Shown here: positions 1-8,346 of the stretch, in pieces
How the letters are laid out: every line of letters begins with the position of its first letter
How positions within the stretch are numbered: the first letter of the stretch is position 1
DNA from: Candidatus Eiseniibacteriota bacterium
GTDB taxonomy: Bacteria; Eisenbacteria; RBG-16-71-46; CAZAMP01
Assembly (NCBI GenBank): GCA_965224245.1
Contig: OZ245046.1
Coordinates: 5,984,001-6,048,000 of the forward strand
Length of the DNA stretch: 64,000 nucleotides
Direction of reading: 5' to 3'
Translations under genes and position numbers: made by a program
The notes under the pieces: model-generated
The model's input: only the letters and a program-made list of their open reading frames with translations
Databases searched by the model: none
What the model was told of the DNA's origin: nothing

Positions 1-1779
1 AGCATCATCGATCTGTCCGAGCGCGGGCACCAGCCGATGGCGAACGAGGACGGCACGGTCTGGATCGTCTTCAACGGAGAGATCTACAACGCCCCGGAGT
101 TGCGCCCGCAGCTCGAAGCGAAGGGGCACGTGTTCGCCAGCCGGTGCGACACCGAGGTGATCATCCACGCCTACGAGGAGTACGGGCTCGACTGCGTGGA
201 TCTTCTCCAGGGCATGTTCGCGTTCGCGATCTGGGACGCGAGCCGGGCGCGGCTCGTGCTGGCCCGCGATCGGATCGGCATCAAGCCGCTCTACTACCAC
301 GTGCAAGACGGGCTGGTCGCGTTCGCGTCGGAGATCAAGGCGCTGCTCGAGCATCCCGAGGTTCCGCGCGCGCTCGACGAGCAGGCCCTGTTCGAGTACC
401 TGGGATACGAGTTCGTGCCAGCCCCTCGAACGCTGTTCCGGGACATCCGGAAGCTCCAGCAGGGACACCTGCTGATCGTCGAGGGCGGCCAGGTTCGCGA
501 GCAGCGCTACTGGAAGCTCGACTTCGACGTCCGGGAGCGGAGCCCCGAGGAGGAGTCGCGAGCGATCCTGGAGCTCCTGGACACCGCGGTGGATCGCCGT
601 CTGCTGTCCGATGTGCCCGTCGGCGCGTTCCTGTCGGGCGGGGTCGATTCCAGCGCGCTGGTCGGGCTCATGCGACGTCACCGTGACGACGCGTTCGACA
701 CGTACGCGATCGGCTACGAGGATCCGACGTTCTCGGAGCTGCCGTACGCCGCGGACGTCAGCCGCCTGTTCGGCACGACGCATCACGTGCTGATGATCGA
801 TCCCTTGACCCCCGAGCGCATCCGGAAGGCCGTCTGGCACCTGGACGAGCCGATGACCGACCTCTCGTCGATCCCGTTGATGCTGATCTCCGAGCGCGCG
901 CGGCGCGAGGTGACGGTCTGCCTCAGCGGAGAAGGGGGCGACGAGCTCTTCATGGGCTACGATCGCTTCCGGGCCAGCGCCTTCGACCGGAAGCTCGCGT
1001 TCGTGCCGGGACCGCTCCGGCGATTCGGATACCGGCTGGCCACGCTCCTGCCCGATCAAGCGCAGAAGAAGGGTGCGATCAACATCCTCAAGCGCGTCGC
1101 CGAGGGCGGGCTCCATCCGCGGGTGGGCGGACACATGCGCTGGCAGTACTTCCTGTCCACCGATCTGATCCAGGGCCTGTTCGCCTCCGACCTCCTGGAG
1201 CGGATCGACACCCGGATGTTCGCGCCGGTGGAGCGGCGTGCGCTCGAGTGCAGCTCCTCGGTCCGGGGTGATCGCGAGGTGTACGTCGACCTGACGCTGA
1301 CCATGGTCGACTCGATTCTGATGAAGGTCGACAAGATGTCGATGTCGACGAGTCTCGAGGTGCGGGTACCGTTCCTGGATCACGAGTTCGTCGAGCTGAC
1401 CGCGACCATCCCCGCGTCGCGCAAGCTGGACGGGTTCAGGACGAAGGCCGCTCTGCGTCGCGCGATCGCCGATCTGCTGCCGCCGCGGATCACCGAGCGC
1501 GGGAAGCAGGGCTACAGCATCCCCATCAAGAACTGGCTTCGCGAGGACATGCGCGAGTTCATGATCGACACGATCACGTCGTCGGCGCTGGTGCAGAAGC
1601 ACCTCGTCGCCGACACGCTGGACCGTCTGATTCGCGAGCACGTGTCACGCCGCCACAACCACAACCACGTGCTCTGGGCGCTCATCAATCTGGCCGTGTG
1701 GGAGGACACGTTCCTCCGCCCGCGGACGGCGGCGGGTGACGGCGCCGCCGTGAACGTCACTGCCTCGACGGGCGCCTGA
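1..1779 (+). CDS. asnB: Asparagine synthase (glutamine-hydrolysing) family amidotransferase, 5'-truncated by the window edge; probably a glycan amidotransferase
   Basis: Frame is open from base 1 (SIIDLSERGHQPMANED). Motifs FNGEIYN, RDRIGIKPLYY, FLSGGVDSS, LSGEGGDELF, LEVRVPFLDH. Confidence 0.93.
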   Translation, partial: SIIDLSERGHQPMANEDGTVWIVFNGEIYNAPELRPQLEAKGHVFASRCDTEVIIHAYEEYGLDCVDLLQGMFAFAIWDASRARLVLARDRIGIKPLYYHVQDGLVAFASEIKALLEHPEVPRALDEQALFEYLGYEFVPAPRTLFRDIRKLQQGHLLIVEGGQVREQRYWKLDFDVRERSPEEESRAILELLDTAVDRRLLSDVPVGAFLSGGVDSSALVGLMRRHRDDAFDTYAIGYEDPTFSELPYAADVSRLFGTTHHVLMIDPLTPERIRKAVWHLDEPMTDLSSIPLMLISERARREVTVCLSGEGGDELFMGYDRFRASAFDRKLAFVPGPLRRFGYRLATLLPDQAQKKGAINILKRVAEGGLHPRVGGHMRWQYFLSTDLIQGLFASDLLERIDTRMFAPVERRALECSSSVRGDREVYVDLTLTMVDSILMKVDKMSMSTSLEVRVPFLDHEFVELTATIPASRKLDGFRTKAALRRAIADLLPPRITERGKQGYSIPIKNWLREDMREFMIDTITSSALVQKHLVADTLDRLIREHVSRRHNHNHVLWALINLAVWEDTFLRPRTAAGDGAAVNVTASTGA

Positions 1780-1822
1780 GCGCCGCTCGGATCCGCCGTC
1801 GGCTTCCCATCCGCTCCCGGCG

Positions 1823-1851
1823 TTGTTCGCGCCCGGCGCCGCCGCTACACT
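1823..1851 (+). promoter_or_regulatory. Putative sigma70-type promoter (TTGTTC-17 bp-TACACT)
   Basis: Hexamers with canonical 17-bp spacing, about 55 nt upstream of the ATG at 1907. Confidence 0.4.
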
Positions 1852-1906
1852 CGCGCGCGTCCTGCTCTTCTCCGACGAGACTCGAACCGGTGATCGCCGA
1901 GAGCCG

Positions 1907-4207
1907 ATGACACGTTCCCCAGACCACGAGCCCGCTCGCCCGGCGGCGGGACGGCGCGCCCTGTTTCGCGCCACGGCCCTCCTCCTGCCCCTCGCGCTCC
2001 TGATCGGGGTGGAGTGCGCCTTTCGCGTGGTGGGCGTCGGGCACGACCCGAGCTTCCTCGTGAACGGGCCGCGTCAAGGCACCGTGGTCACGAACGAGCG
2101 CTTCGGCTGGCGCTTCTTTCCGCCTGAGGTGGCCAGGACGCCGGCGCTCGTGGAGGTGACCCGCGACAAGCCGGCCGACGTGTACCGCGTGCTCGTGGTC
2201 GGGGGCTCCGCGGCGATGGGAACGCCCGACGCGATGTACGGCCTGGCGCGGCAGCTCGAGGCGATGTTCCCCGACGGGATCGGCGGTCGTCGCGTCGAGG
2301 TCATCAACGCGGCGATGACGGCGATCAACTCGCACGTCGTGCTCCCGATCGTGCGCGATTCGATGGTGCTCGATCCCGACCTGGTCGTGGTGTATCTCGG
2401 CAACAACGAGGTCGTCGGGCCCTACGGCGCGGGCACCGTATTCACCGGCTTCACGGGCAACCTGCGCGTCGTTCGCGCCGGCATCTGGTTCCGTGCGACC
2501 CGCGTCGGACAGCTCGTGGGCCGGTTGACGCGGGGCAAGGGTGCCGCCGGCGGGCGCTGGCGGGGCATGGCCGCGTTCGAGAACCGCCGGGTCGCCGCCG
2601 ACGATCCGCGGCTCGCGACGGTCTACTCGCACTTCGAGGCGAATCTCACCGACATCGTTCGCGCCGCCACGTCGGCGGGTGGGGACGTCATCCTGTCCAC
2701 GGTGATCACGAACCTCGCCGACTGTCCGCCGTTCGCATCGATCGATCCGCCGGCGCCGAGCCCGGCCTGGCGGTCGGCGTGGGCGGCCGCGCGCGACGCG
2801 TTCGAGCGGGACGACCTCGCCGGGGCGGGCGCGGCGGCGGAGCGCGCGCAGACGGAGTACGACGCCCACGCCGAGCTCGCGTACATCGACGGACGGGCAA
2901 AGCTCGACGCCGGCGTCCGGGGTGCCGCGGCCAGGCTCGCCCGAGCCCGCGACCTGGACGCGCTCCGCTTTCGCGCGGACTCGTCGATCAACGCGGTGAT
3001 CCGGCGTGTCGCGGAGAGGGCGGGCCGCGGCACGAGCGCGGGCGGCGGCCGGGTCGTGCTCGTCGACGCCCTCGCGCAGTTTCCGGAGGCGCCCGGATCG
3101 GAGGTGCTGTTCGAGCACGTGCACCTGACCTTCGAGGGCAACTTCCGTCTGGCGAGCCTCGTCGCCGATGCGATCCGATCTCGAAACGACCTGCCGCCGG
3201 CGGATGACGTGTCGCCGGCGGACGTCGCGGCTCGGATCGGTTTCACGTTTCGCGACGGGGCCGAGATGGTGTCCACGATCACGCGCACGATGAGCGGGCC
3301 GCCGTTCACCGGGCAGCTCGACCACGAGCGACGCGACGCCGTGCGGCGCCGCCGGGTCATCGCACTCCTGGACTCCGCGCGCACACCGGCGGCCTCGCGC
3401 CTGGCTCTGGCGGCGTACGCGCGAGCCCGATCGCTCCGGCCCGACGATCCGTACCTCGCCCACAAGGTCGCGAGCGTCCATCTGGACGAGGGCCGCGCCG
3501 CGGAGGCCGAGGCGATCTGGCGTCAGCTGGTCGATCGCTACCCCTGGAAGACCGACTGGCTCGAGCGGCTCGCGACGGCCGAGCTGGCGAACGACGAGCC
3601 CGACGCGGCCGTCCGGACGCTCCGGCGCCTGCTCGAGCTGAACCCGTACCTCGTCGACATCCACGCGCGAATCGGCGCGATCGAGCGGGATCGCGGGCGA
3701 CCCGACGAGGCGATCGCGTGGCTCGAGCGCGCGATCGCGCGCGTGCCCGACGACGGCGCCTGGCGGATGGAGCTCGGACGAGCGCAGCGAGAGGCCGGGC
3801 GGTTGGAGGCCGCCGACGCCACGTTCGCGTCGATCCCCCGCGAGGACGCGGCCTACCCCGACGCGGCGTTCGAGAGGGGCGCGATGGCGCTCGACGCGGG
3901 CGAGGTCGCGACCGCCGAGCGGCTGTTCCGGACGGCCCTGACGGCACGCCCGTCGTTCGGGCCGTGCCGGTCCCGCCTCGCCCTCCTGCTCCTCGGGGCG
4001 GGTCGCTTCGACGAGGCCCGGCACGAGCTCGAGACGCTCGTGGCCCAGGATCCCGACGACGTCCGCGCCCTCAACAACCTGGGGTCGCTCGCGTCGCGCC
4101 GCGGCGACGTGGCGGCCGCACGCGCCTACTTCGAGCGGGCGCTCGCGATCGACCCCGACTACGAGGAGGCGCGCCGCAACCTGGAGCGACTGTCCGCTCG
4201 ACGCTGA
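1907..4207 (+). CDS. Membrane-anchored SGNH/GDSL-like domain protein with C-terminal tetratricopeptide repeats
   Basis: N-terminal TM (ALLLPLALLIGVE). SGNH blocks VGGSAAMG, NAAMTAINSH, YLGNNE and FEHVH. Several TPR-like repeats (ALNNLGSL...AYFERALAIDPDY). Start moved from the ORF-track 1823 to the ATG at 1907. Confidence 0.8.
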   Translation: MTRSPDHEPARPAAGRRALFRATALLLPLALLIGVECAFRVVGVGHDPSFLVNGPRQGTVVTNERFGWRFFPPEVARTPALVEVTRDKPADVYRVLVVGGSAAMGTPDAMYGLARQLEAMFPDGIGGRRVEVINAAMTAINSHVVLPIVRDSMVLDPDLVVVYLGNNEVVGPYGAGTVFTGFTGNLRVVRAGIWFRATRVGQLVGRLTRGKGAAGGRWRGMAAFENRRVAADDPRLATVYSHFEANLTDIVRAATSAGGDVILSTVITNLADCPPFASIDPPAPSPAWRSAWAAARDAFERDDLAGAGAAAERAQTEYDAHAELAYIDGRAKLDAGVRGAAARLARARDLDALRFRADSSINAVIRRVAERAGRGTSAGGGRVVLVDALAQFPEAPGSEVLFEHVHLTFEGNFRLASLVADAIRSRNDLPPADDVSPADVAARIGFTFRDGAEMVSTITRTMSGPPFTGQLDHERRDAVRRRRVIALLDSARTPAASRLALAAYARARSLRPDDPYLAHKVASVHLDEGRAAEAEAIWRQLVDRYPWKTDWLERLATAELANDEPDAAVRTLRRLLELNPYLVDIHARIGAIERDRGRPDEAIAWLERAIARVPDDGAWRMELGRAQREAGRLEAADATFASIPREDAAYPDAAFERGAMALDAGEVATAERLFRTALTARPSFGPCRSRLALLLLGAGRFDEARHELETLVAQDPDDVRALNNLGSLASRRGDVAAARAYFERALAIDPDYEEARRNLERLSARR

Positions 4208-4219
4208 CGTTGCGAGACG

Positions 4220-4390
4220 TCAGAAAATCCGATACAGCTCGGGCGACAGCGCGCCGCCCCCCAGCGCAACCGCGAGCACGATCAGCACCGCGATCACGAC
4301 GAGGGGCGCGAGCCACCAGCGTTTCTGATGGCGAAGGAAGGCGAGAAACTCGCCGAAGAGTCCTCGGGGAGGACGCGATGGGTCACTCAT
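4220..4390 (-). CDS. 56-aa single-pass membrane microprotein, SxtK/DUF5989-like (absent from the ORF track)
   Basis: Manual translation MSDPSRPPRGLFGEFLAFLRHQKRWWLAPLVVIAVLIVLAVALGGGALSPELYRIF*. GGAG lies 6 nt upstream of the ATG. Pattern EF-x-x-FL-x-x-x-K-x-WW-L-x-P, then a TM helix, then a P-x-x-Y-x-x-F C-terminus. Confidence 0.82.
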   Translation of the reverse strand: MSDPSRPPRGLFGEFLAFLRHQKRWWLAPLVVIAVLIVLAVALGGGALSPELYRIF

Positions 4391-4496
4391 GGACGGCTCC
4401 GTGGAGTCGAACGGTCCCGACCGGTGCGGTCGCCGGCCGCGAGGGAGAACCTAGCGCGGCCCTCGAGGTCGCGTCCATCCGCATCGGGAGCGTCGC

Positions 4497-6104
4497 GTGC
4501 TGATCCGTCAGACCTCCATCGCCTGGATGCTCGCCACCGCGGTCGGGTGCACCGCCGAGGCTCCGTCCGCGTCGTCCGACGCGCCCGGGCTCCCGCCGGA
4601 CTCCCTCGTGCGCCGCGACGTGGCGATCGACGCGATGCGCGGCGGCGAGACCCCGGTCGTCCCGCGTCACGCGACCGCCGATCTGGTCTTCCGGGCCGAT
4701 CGCGTCTACGACGGCGATCGGGGAGCGCCCAACCCGTTCGTCGACGTCTCGCTGACCGTGCGCCTGACCGATCCCGGCGGCACGGCGCGAACCGTGCGCG
4801 CGTTCTTCGACGGGGACGGCGAGGGCGGCGCCGAGGGCTCGACGTTCGTGGCGCGGGTGTGCCCGGACTCGCCGGGGATCTGGCGCTGGAGCGCATCGGG
4901 CGACGTGCCGGGCGTGGACGGGCTCGACGGTCGCTTCGAGTGTGCCGGCGTTCTCGAGGGGGCGTTCGGCCGGGGACCGATCGTCACCGGCGCCGAGGAT
5001 CCGACCCACGTGGCCCACGCCGACGGGACGCCGGTGTATCTCGTGGGCAAGTTCCTCGATCGCGGTGCGCCCGAGCCGATCCGGTTCAGTCACACGCTTC
5101 TGTCCGAGCGACTGTCGGCCGAGGATCGCCGGGCGCTCATCGACCGGCACGTCGCGCTCGGGCTGAACAAGATGAACGTGTACGTGGCCAACCGCGGCGA
5201 CTACGGCGGGATCTCCACCACGCCGTGGCGCGGCGAGGCCGACGACCCCGATCGGTCCCGGTTCGATCTGGCCCGGTGGCATCGCTACGAGCACTGGGTG
5301 CGCGAGCTGCGCGAGGACGGCTTCTTCACGATGATGTGGTTCTTCGCCGACGACTCCGGCTTCGGGCATCTCCCCACCGTCGACCGCGATCGTCTCATCC
5401 AGTACGGCATGAGTCGGCTCTCGGGGTACGCGCACACGGCCTTCGTCCTGTGCCTGGAGTGGCAGGAGGGGTGGACGCCCGCGGAGGTGACGCACCACCT
5501 GGGTGTGATGCGAGCGGAGAACCCGTGGGATCGGCTGACCAGCGTGCACGGCACGACCGGCGACGTCGCGTTCGCGAACGAGCCCTGGAACGATCTCCTG
5601 ATCCTTCAGGCCGGCAACCAGGCCAGCGCCGACACCGTGCTCGCGATGACGCTGCGCAACCGGGTCGCCGCGCCCAAGCCGCTCCTGGTGGAGGAGTTCG
5701 GCTGGGGCAAGCCCTCCGACGAGCTCCGCGTGAAGACGTGGACCGCGCTCCTGGCCGGCGCCGCCGGCATCGGGACGGGAACCACGTTCGAGATCGTCAC
5801 GCCGATCATCTCGCGCTGGCCGATGACGACCTTCGAGCCTGCGCCGGCGGTGGCGTCGGGAGACGGCGTGGTCACCGCCCGGGGACGGGACGGGCTCACG
5901 GTCGTCCTGGCTCCGCGCGGGGGATCGATCGAGGTCAACCTGCCCGCGGGCGTGACCGAGGGCGCGACCGCCACGTGGATCGACCCCAGAACCGGCGAGC
6001 GGCGCGACGCGATCGCCTCCGGCGACACCCGACGTCACTACGAGGCACCGTCCACGGAGGACTGGCTGCTCGAGCTGGTCCCCGGCGCGAGGACGTCCCG
6101 ATGA
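4497..6104 (+). CDS. Putative lipoprotein, DUF5060 + DUF4038 (apiosidase-like glycoside hydrolase) architecture
   Basis: GGGAG RBS and GTG start; lipobox-like AVGC. Ig-like segment NPFVDV...RAFFDGDG...ARVCPDSPGIWRW, TIM-barrel-like core (ENPWDRLTSVH, KPLLVEEFG) and C-terminal WIDPRTG...DWLL module. Confidence 0.72.
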   Translation: MLIRQTSIAWMLATAVGCTAEAPSASSDAPGLPPDSLVRRDVAIDAMRGGETPVVPRHATADLVFRADRVYDGDRGAPNPFVDVSLTVRLTDPGGTARTVRAFFDGDGEGGAEGSTFVARVCPDSPGIWRWSASGDVPGVDGLDGRFECAGVLEGAFGRGPIVTGAEDPTHVAHADGTPVYLVGKFLDRGAPEPIRFSHTLLSERLSAEDRRALIDRHVALGLNKMNVYVANRGDYGGISTTPWRGEADDPDRSRFDLARWHRYEHWVRELREDGFFTMMWFFADDSGFGHLPTVDRDRLIQYGMSRLSGYAHTAFVLCLEWQEGWTPAEVTHHLGVMRAENPWDRLTSVHGTTGDVAFANEPWNDLLILQAGNQASADTVLAMTLRNRVAAPKPLLVEEFGWGKPSDELRVKTWTALLAGAAGIGTGTTFEIVTPIISRWPMTTFEPAPAVASGDGVVTARGRDGLTVVLAPRGGSIEVNLPAGVTEGATATWIDPRTGERRDAIASGDTRRHYEAPSTEDWLLELVPGARTSR

Positions 6105-7852
6105 TCGACGACGTCCCGGAGCCGGCGGGGCCTCGTGGATCGACCCCGCGCTCGCGGTGGTCCGGGGTCCGGCGATGTGGGATCGGCGGACTCGCCGGCG
6201 TCGTTTCGATCGCCGCGCTGGTCATGTGCGCGTGCGAGGTCCCGCTCCCCGGAGAGGTGGCCCCGTCCGAGACCCCGCCGCCCGCGCTCGACCCACGTGC
6301 CGCCAGCGGTACGTTGACCGTCTCGCTCTTCGGCGGGACCGCGACGTCCGCCGACGCAGACCCCGTGCTCCACCACACGACGTTCGTGAACGGTCCCGTG
6401 TACGACGGCATGGAGGACAACGATCTGCGCGGGTTCCTGGACGGCACGTTCAAGTACGCCTGGAACCAGCCGGGACAGATTCACGTGCGCCTGGGACGTC
6501 GCGATCGGTCGCCGCGCTACGGTGAGCACGAGCTGTTCCGGGTCAGCCAGCGCTGGGCCGGCGTGTCGCTGGTCCCGGGCGCGATCGTGCACGAGGCGTC
6601 GCTGGACGTGGTGCTCGAGAAGGAGCCCCCCGAGCCGGTCATGCTGATGCTGTACGAGGTGAAGAAGGACTTCGATCCGGGCGCCGGCGGAACGCTGGGC
6701 AACAACGTGAGCCCTCCCAGGCCGGGCGAGATGTGGTGGAACGAGCGCGCGCACGGCGTCGATCCGTGGGGGCTCCCCGGTCTCGGCTTCGCGTCCGACA
6801 GCGATCCCGACGCCGACACCGGCGCGATGCCGCTCGCGATGGCCCGAGCCTCGCGGGACACGGACACCGTTCGTTTCACGTCCCCGGAGCTGGCGGCCTA
6901 CGTCACCAGGCGCGTGGCCGAGCGCGCGCCGCTTCTCTTTCTGTTGAAGCTGGCCGACGAGGACGAGGACACGGTCGGATCGCTCATCTACCTGTACTCG
7001 GGCAACCACGGCGCCACGCGGAGCGTGGGACGCCGACCGGATCTGCACCTCACGTGGAGCGCCCCGACCACGGTGCCCAGCCTCGTGCGAACGATCCGTC
7101 TGGAGCACGGCCGATCCTGGTCGCCGCCGGCGCTCGATCGCCTGCGCGCGACGCACGTCGCCGCCTCGTTCGTTCCCGACGACGGATCCGATCTCGTGGA
7201 CGTGTCGATCCGGACGGTGGCCGGCCTGGAGTCGATGGCCGTGCCGCGGCCGATCCCGTTCGACTTGGTGCGACTCGAGCTCCGTGCCGCGCGCGATCCG
7301 ATCCCGCTCGGTGGCGTGTTCGAGGACCACCTGTGCGACACGTGGGTCCGGACCGCGCCACCGGACTCACAGATCGTCCGCTGGCACTTCCACGCGCCTT
7401 CCGGCGCCGAGCACACGGTGGACGCCGTGTACGACGGGCACGACACCTGGCGCGTCACGTTCTCGCCCGACGAGCTGGGGGCCTGGCGCTACGTGTGGAC
7501 CCAGAGCTTCGTCGAGGAGCCGTTCACCAGCGAGTGGGGGCGGTTCGACGTGATCGCCACCGACCTGGCCGCGGTCATGGCCGCGCTCGAGGTGCTCCGG
7601 AACGAGGCCCGTGAGGCCGGCGAGCCCCATCCGCGCCGCCCCGATCCGATCCTCCTGAGCCGCTTCCTCGGTCTCGAGCGGGCGGTGATGCAGCTTCACA
7701 CGGCACGGTCGTGGCAGTCGGCGGATGTCGTGCGCGAGCGGCTCCGGGAGGTGCGCGAGGCGATCGGCGAGCCGGTGCCCGATCCGATCCCGATGGTGCC
7801 CGACGATCCACCGGACTGGGCGAACCGGGGGAGCGGGACGAACGGCGAGTGA
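6101..7852 (+). CDS. Putative lipoprotein with a DNRLRE-like beta-sandwich and a C-terminal DUF5060-like Ig domain
   Basis: ATGA overlap with the upstream gene, so the real start is 6101 rather than the ORF-track 4328. Hydrophobic leader ends in MCAC. Motifs VPGAIVHEASL, PWGLPG, RRPDLHLTW and APSG...YDG..TWRVTFSPDELGAWRY. Confidence 0.6.
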   Translation: MIDDVPEPAGPRGSTPRSRWSGVRRCGIGGLAGVVSIAALVMCACEVPLPGEVAPSETPPPALDPRAASGTLTVSLFGGTATSADADPVLHHTTFVNGPVYDGMEDNDLRGFLDGTFKYAWNQPGQIHVRLGRRDRSPRYGEHELFRVSQRWAGVSLVPGAIVHEASLDVVLEKEPPEPVMLMLYEVKKDFDPGAGGTLGNNVSPPRPGEMWWNERAHGVDPWGLPGLGFASDSDPDADTGAMPLAMARASRDTDTVRFTSPELAAYVTRRVAERAPLLFLLKLADEDEDTVGSLIYLYSGNHGATRSVGRRPDLHLTWSAPTTVPSLVRTIRLEHGRSWSPPALDRLRATHVAASFVPDDGSDLVDVSIRTVAGLESMAVPRPIPFDLVRLELRAARDPIPLGGVFEDHLCDTWVRTAPPDSQIVRWHFHAPSGAEHTVDAVYDGHDTWRVTFSPDELGAWRYVWTQSFVEEPFTSEWGRFDVIATDLAAVMAALEVLRNEAREAGEPHPRRPDPILLSRFLGLERAVMQLHTARSWQSADVVRERLREVREAIGEPVPDPIPMVPDDPPDWANRGSGTNGE

Positions 7853-7869
7853 CCGCCCGGGCAGCCGCG

Positions 7870-8346
7870 TCAGCCGGCCCGCTCCATCGCGCCGTCCAGC
7901 ACGTCCGACGCGAATGCGTACGCCTCGGGCTCTTCGGACACGCGCGGCCCGACCACGTTCAGGACCCGCACCTCGTTGCGCACGATGAACCGACCGGCCA
8001 CTTCCACCGGATCGGGCGTGCGGGTTCGCACGACGTGGCAGAGCGGTCGTCCGAAGAGCCGCGCCCACGCGACCGCCGCCAGGGATCCACCTTGCAGCTC
8101 GTCGCGCACGGACACCACGAGGACGCCGTCCGCGTCGAGGACGTTCCACAGGGTGCGTTCGGCGTAGACGTCCGAGGGGGTCTCGTCGAGGGCGTACGTC
8201 GACGGAATGCGTCCGTCCTCGGCGCGCCGACCTCTCGGACACCACCCGCCGTGACGGATCTCGTTTCGGATCGCCCAGTCGAGCGCGGCGCGGTCCACGC
8301 CGGTCTGTCCTCCGGTCACGATCTTCACGAGATGGTGTCTGGCCAC
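7870..8346 (-). CDS. Putative molybdenum carrier / circularly permuted YpsA SLOG-family protein
   Basis: KIVTGGQTGVDRAALD, HGGWCPRGRRAEDG, YAERTLWNVLDADG, VLNVVGPR. GTG start overlaps the upstream TAG. Confidence 0.85.
   Translation of the reverse strand: MARHHLVKIVTGGQTGVDRAALDWAIRNEIRHGGWCPRGRRAEDGRIPSTYALDETPSDVYAERTLWNVLDADGVLVVSVRDELQGGSLAAVAWARLFGRPLCHVVRTRTPDPVEVAGRFIVRNEVRVLNVVGPRVSEEPEAYAFASDVLDGAMERAG

Noticed and set aside
4328..6100. Apparent 1174-aa ORF (4328-7852) overlapping the DUF5060/DUF4038 gene
   Set aside because: The first 591 codons are an Arg/Gly/Pro-rich off-frame reading; the real gene starts at the ATGA overlap at 6101. The same artefact inflates ORFs 23795-27370, 37921-41172 and 9620-12088.
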